From contig OX597815.1 in assembly GCA_951406725.2 (NCBI GenBank), positions 20,088,001 to 20,152,000 on the forward strand: 64,000 nt of DNA, in the 5' to 3' direction. How positions within the stretch are numbered: position 1 is the stretch's first letter; each line of letters opens with the position of its first letter. Source of the stretch: Octopus vulgaris (lineage: Eukaryota). The position numbers and the translations under genes are program-made. Positions 62,781 to 64,000 of this stretch are shown here, piece by piece. The notes under the pieces are model-generated. The model ran no database searches. It had not been told where the DNA came from and saw only the letters and a list, made by a program, of their open reading frames with translations.

Positions 62781-63584
62781 ATCTCCCTAATAACGTGGTG
62801 AGAGAGAACAGTTCCCTCCTTGGCCATACAACTCTGACTTCCTCAGCTCTTCTGCGATATCTCACTCAGATTCAATTTTTCTGTGTTGCAAGCGACACTG
62901 GTTGTACTTGTTTGCTGATTTGTTTTCACTAATAAGGTTATGTCATTATGTCAATGTTTTTCGTTTGTCTTGTCGAGACAAAGAATCAAGTTTTTTCATT
63001 TATTTCGTTACAAATGTCTACTTTTCTTTGAATTGTTTATTTTTATTCTTTATTTGTTTACTTGTTAAGTTGTTTTTATTTTTATTTTTGTCTTTGCGAT
63101 TCGTGTGTTATGACGTGTATCTTTTTGTTTCATAACAATTTTTACAACTCCAAAAAGAAACACAGTATGTCAAAAATAACCTATCGTTTTTTGCTAATTG
63201 TAGTCAGAAATATACTCCAAAATCATTGAGAATTTGTAATTTTTTAATTAATCCAAATATAAGAAAAGCTTTCAATCCACTTCGAAAAGTAAAATTTATC
63301 AAAATTTTCAGGACTACAAGGAACAACAAAAGACAACTCAAAGGTGAATAATTGTAAAAAAAAAATCCTTTTTGCTATAGACACAAGCTCTGGAATTTAG
63401 CTGGAGGGTATTAGTCGACTACAATGGTTTCAAATTTTGGCACAAGGCCAGCGAGTTTAGGGGAGGGAATGAGTTGATTACACCGACCTCAGTGCTCAAC
63501 TGATACTTGTTTTATCGACCTCAAAAGAGTGAAAGGGAAAGTCGATCTCGGAAAAATTTGAATCCAGAACGAAAAAGTGGATTA

Positions 63585-64000
63585 GAAGGACAGGCAAAAA
63601 AAAAAAGACGGGTCATTCTTGGCATTCTTTCACCAGTCAAGTCCCAGAAGTCACGACCATTTCGGGCAGTTACACTTGAGATGGTTCGATCTGGTTTCCC
63701 CCAAAAAAGGCTAAGTTTAGAGCATTAGACCCCTTTGTAAGAAAGCTAGCGAATGTTTACGGCAACAAAGACAAAAAGAAAAAAAAGGGAGAACATGGTA
63801 CACAATTAGGAATACAAACAACAAGAAATAACAACAGGCGTCTTTCGACTGAGAACGAATCAAATTGAGCTGGCGTGTATGAAGTGAAAGCCTAAAGGCA
63901 AGAACATGGGAGATGGACACAAGAGGTGTTGACGGTCGGCAGTCAGGTCAAGAAAGAAAGATCATGGCTGGCTGGACACCGGTCACATGAAAGGAGGAAA
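63585..64000 (-). mobile_element. Diverged copy of the 17635-18504 element, running off the window
   Basis: Reverse complement aligns by eye with about 18000-18395 (cgccagctcaa, gaaagac.cctgttgttat, tctaatgctct, tgcccgaaa, gaatgac.cgtc). Confidence 0.7.

Overview
Eukaryotic, AT-rich, repeat-saturated non-coding DNA. The tRNA-derived SINE families and dense (TA)n/(TG)n/(TAA)n/(CATA)n microsatellites suggest an octopus or other coleoid cephalopod (inference). I could not recognise any host protein-coding exon, rRNA, true tRNA or CRISPR array, and almost all short ORFs in the track are microsatellite or SINE read-throughs. Main elements: a decayed Helentron (2.3-5.3 kb); a young, nearly complete Penelope-like (Neptune-type) RT + GIY-YIG retroelement with about 0.93 kb direct terminal repeats (19.2-24.65 kb); fragments of R4/Dong-like, RTE and L1/Tx1 LINEs; Tc1 and DD37D mariner remnants; a pogo-like MITE; a short Helitron; and at least four SINE families. 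The most notable signal, found by reading the sequence, is about a dozen minimal type I hammerhead-ribozyme folds from about eight unrelated sequence contexts, mostly in short non-coding cassettes in or beside microsatellites. These include a 353-bp circularly permuted, retrozyme-like unit, a family fixed for a non-canonical core (CUGUNGA, A6U) and folds with a compensatory U3-A8 core. All folds were assigned by eye and none is tested for activity. Repeat boundaries are approximate.
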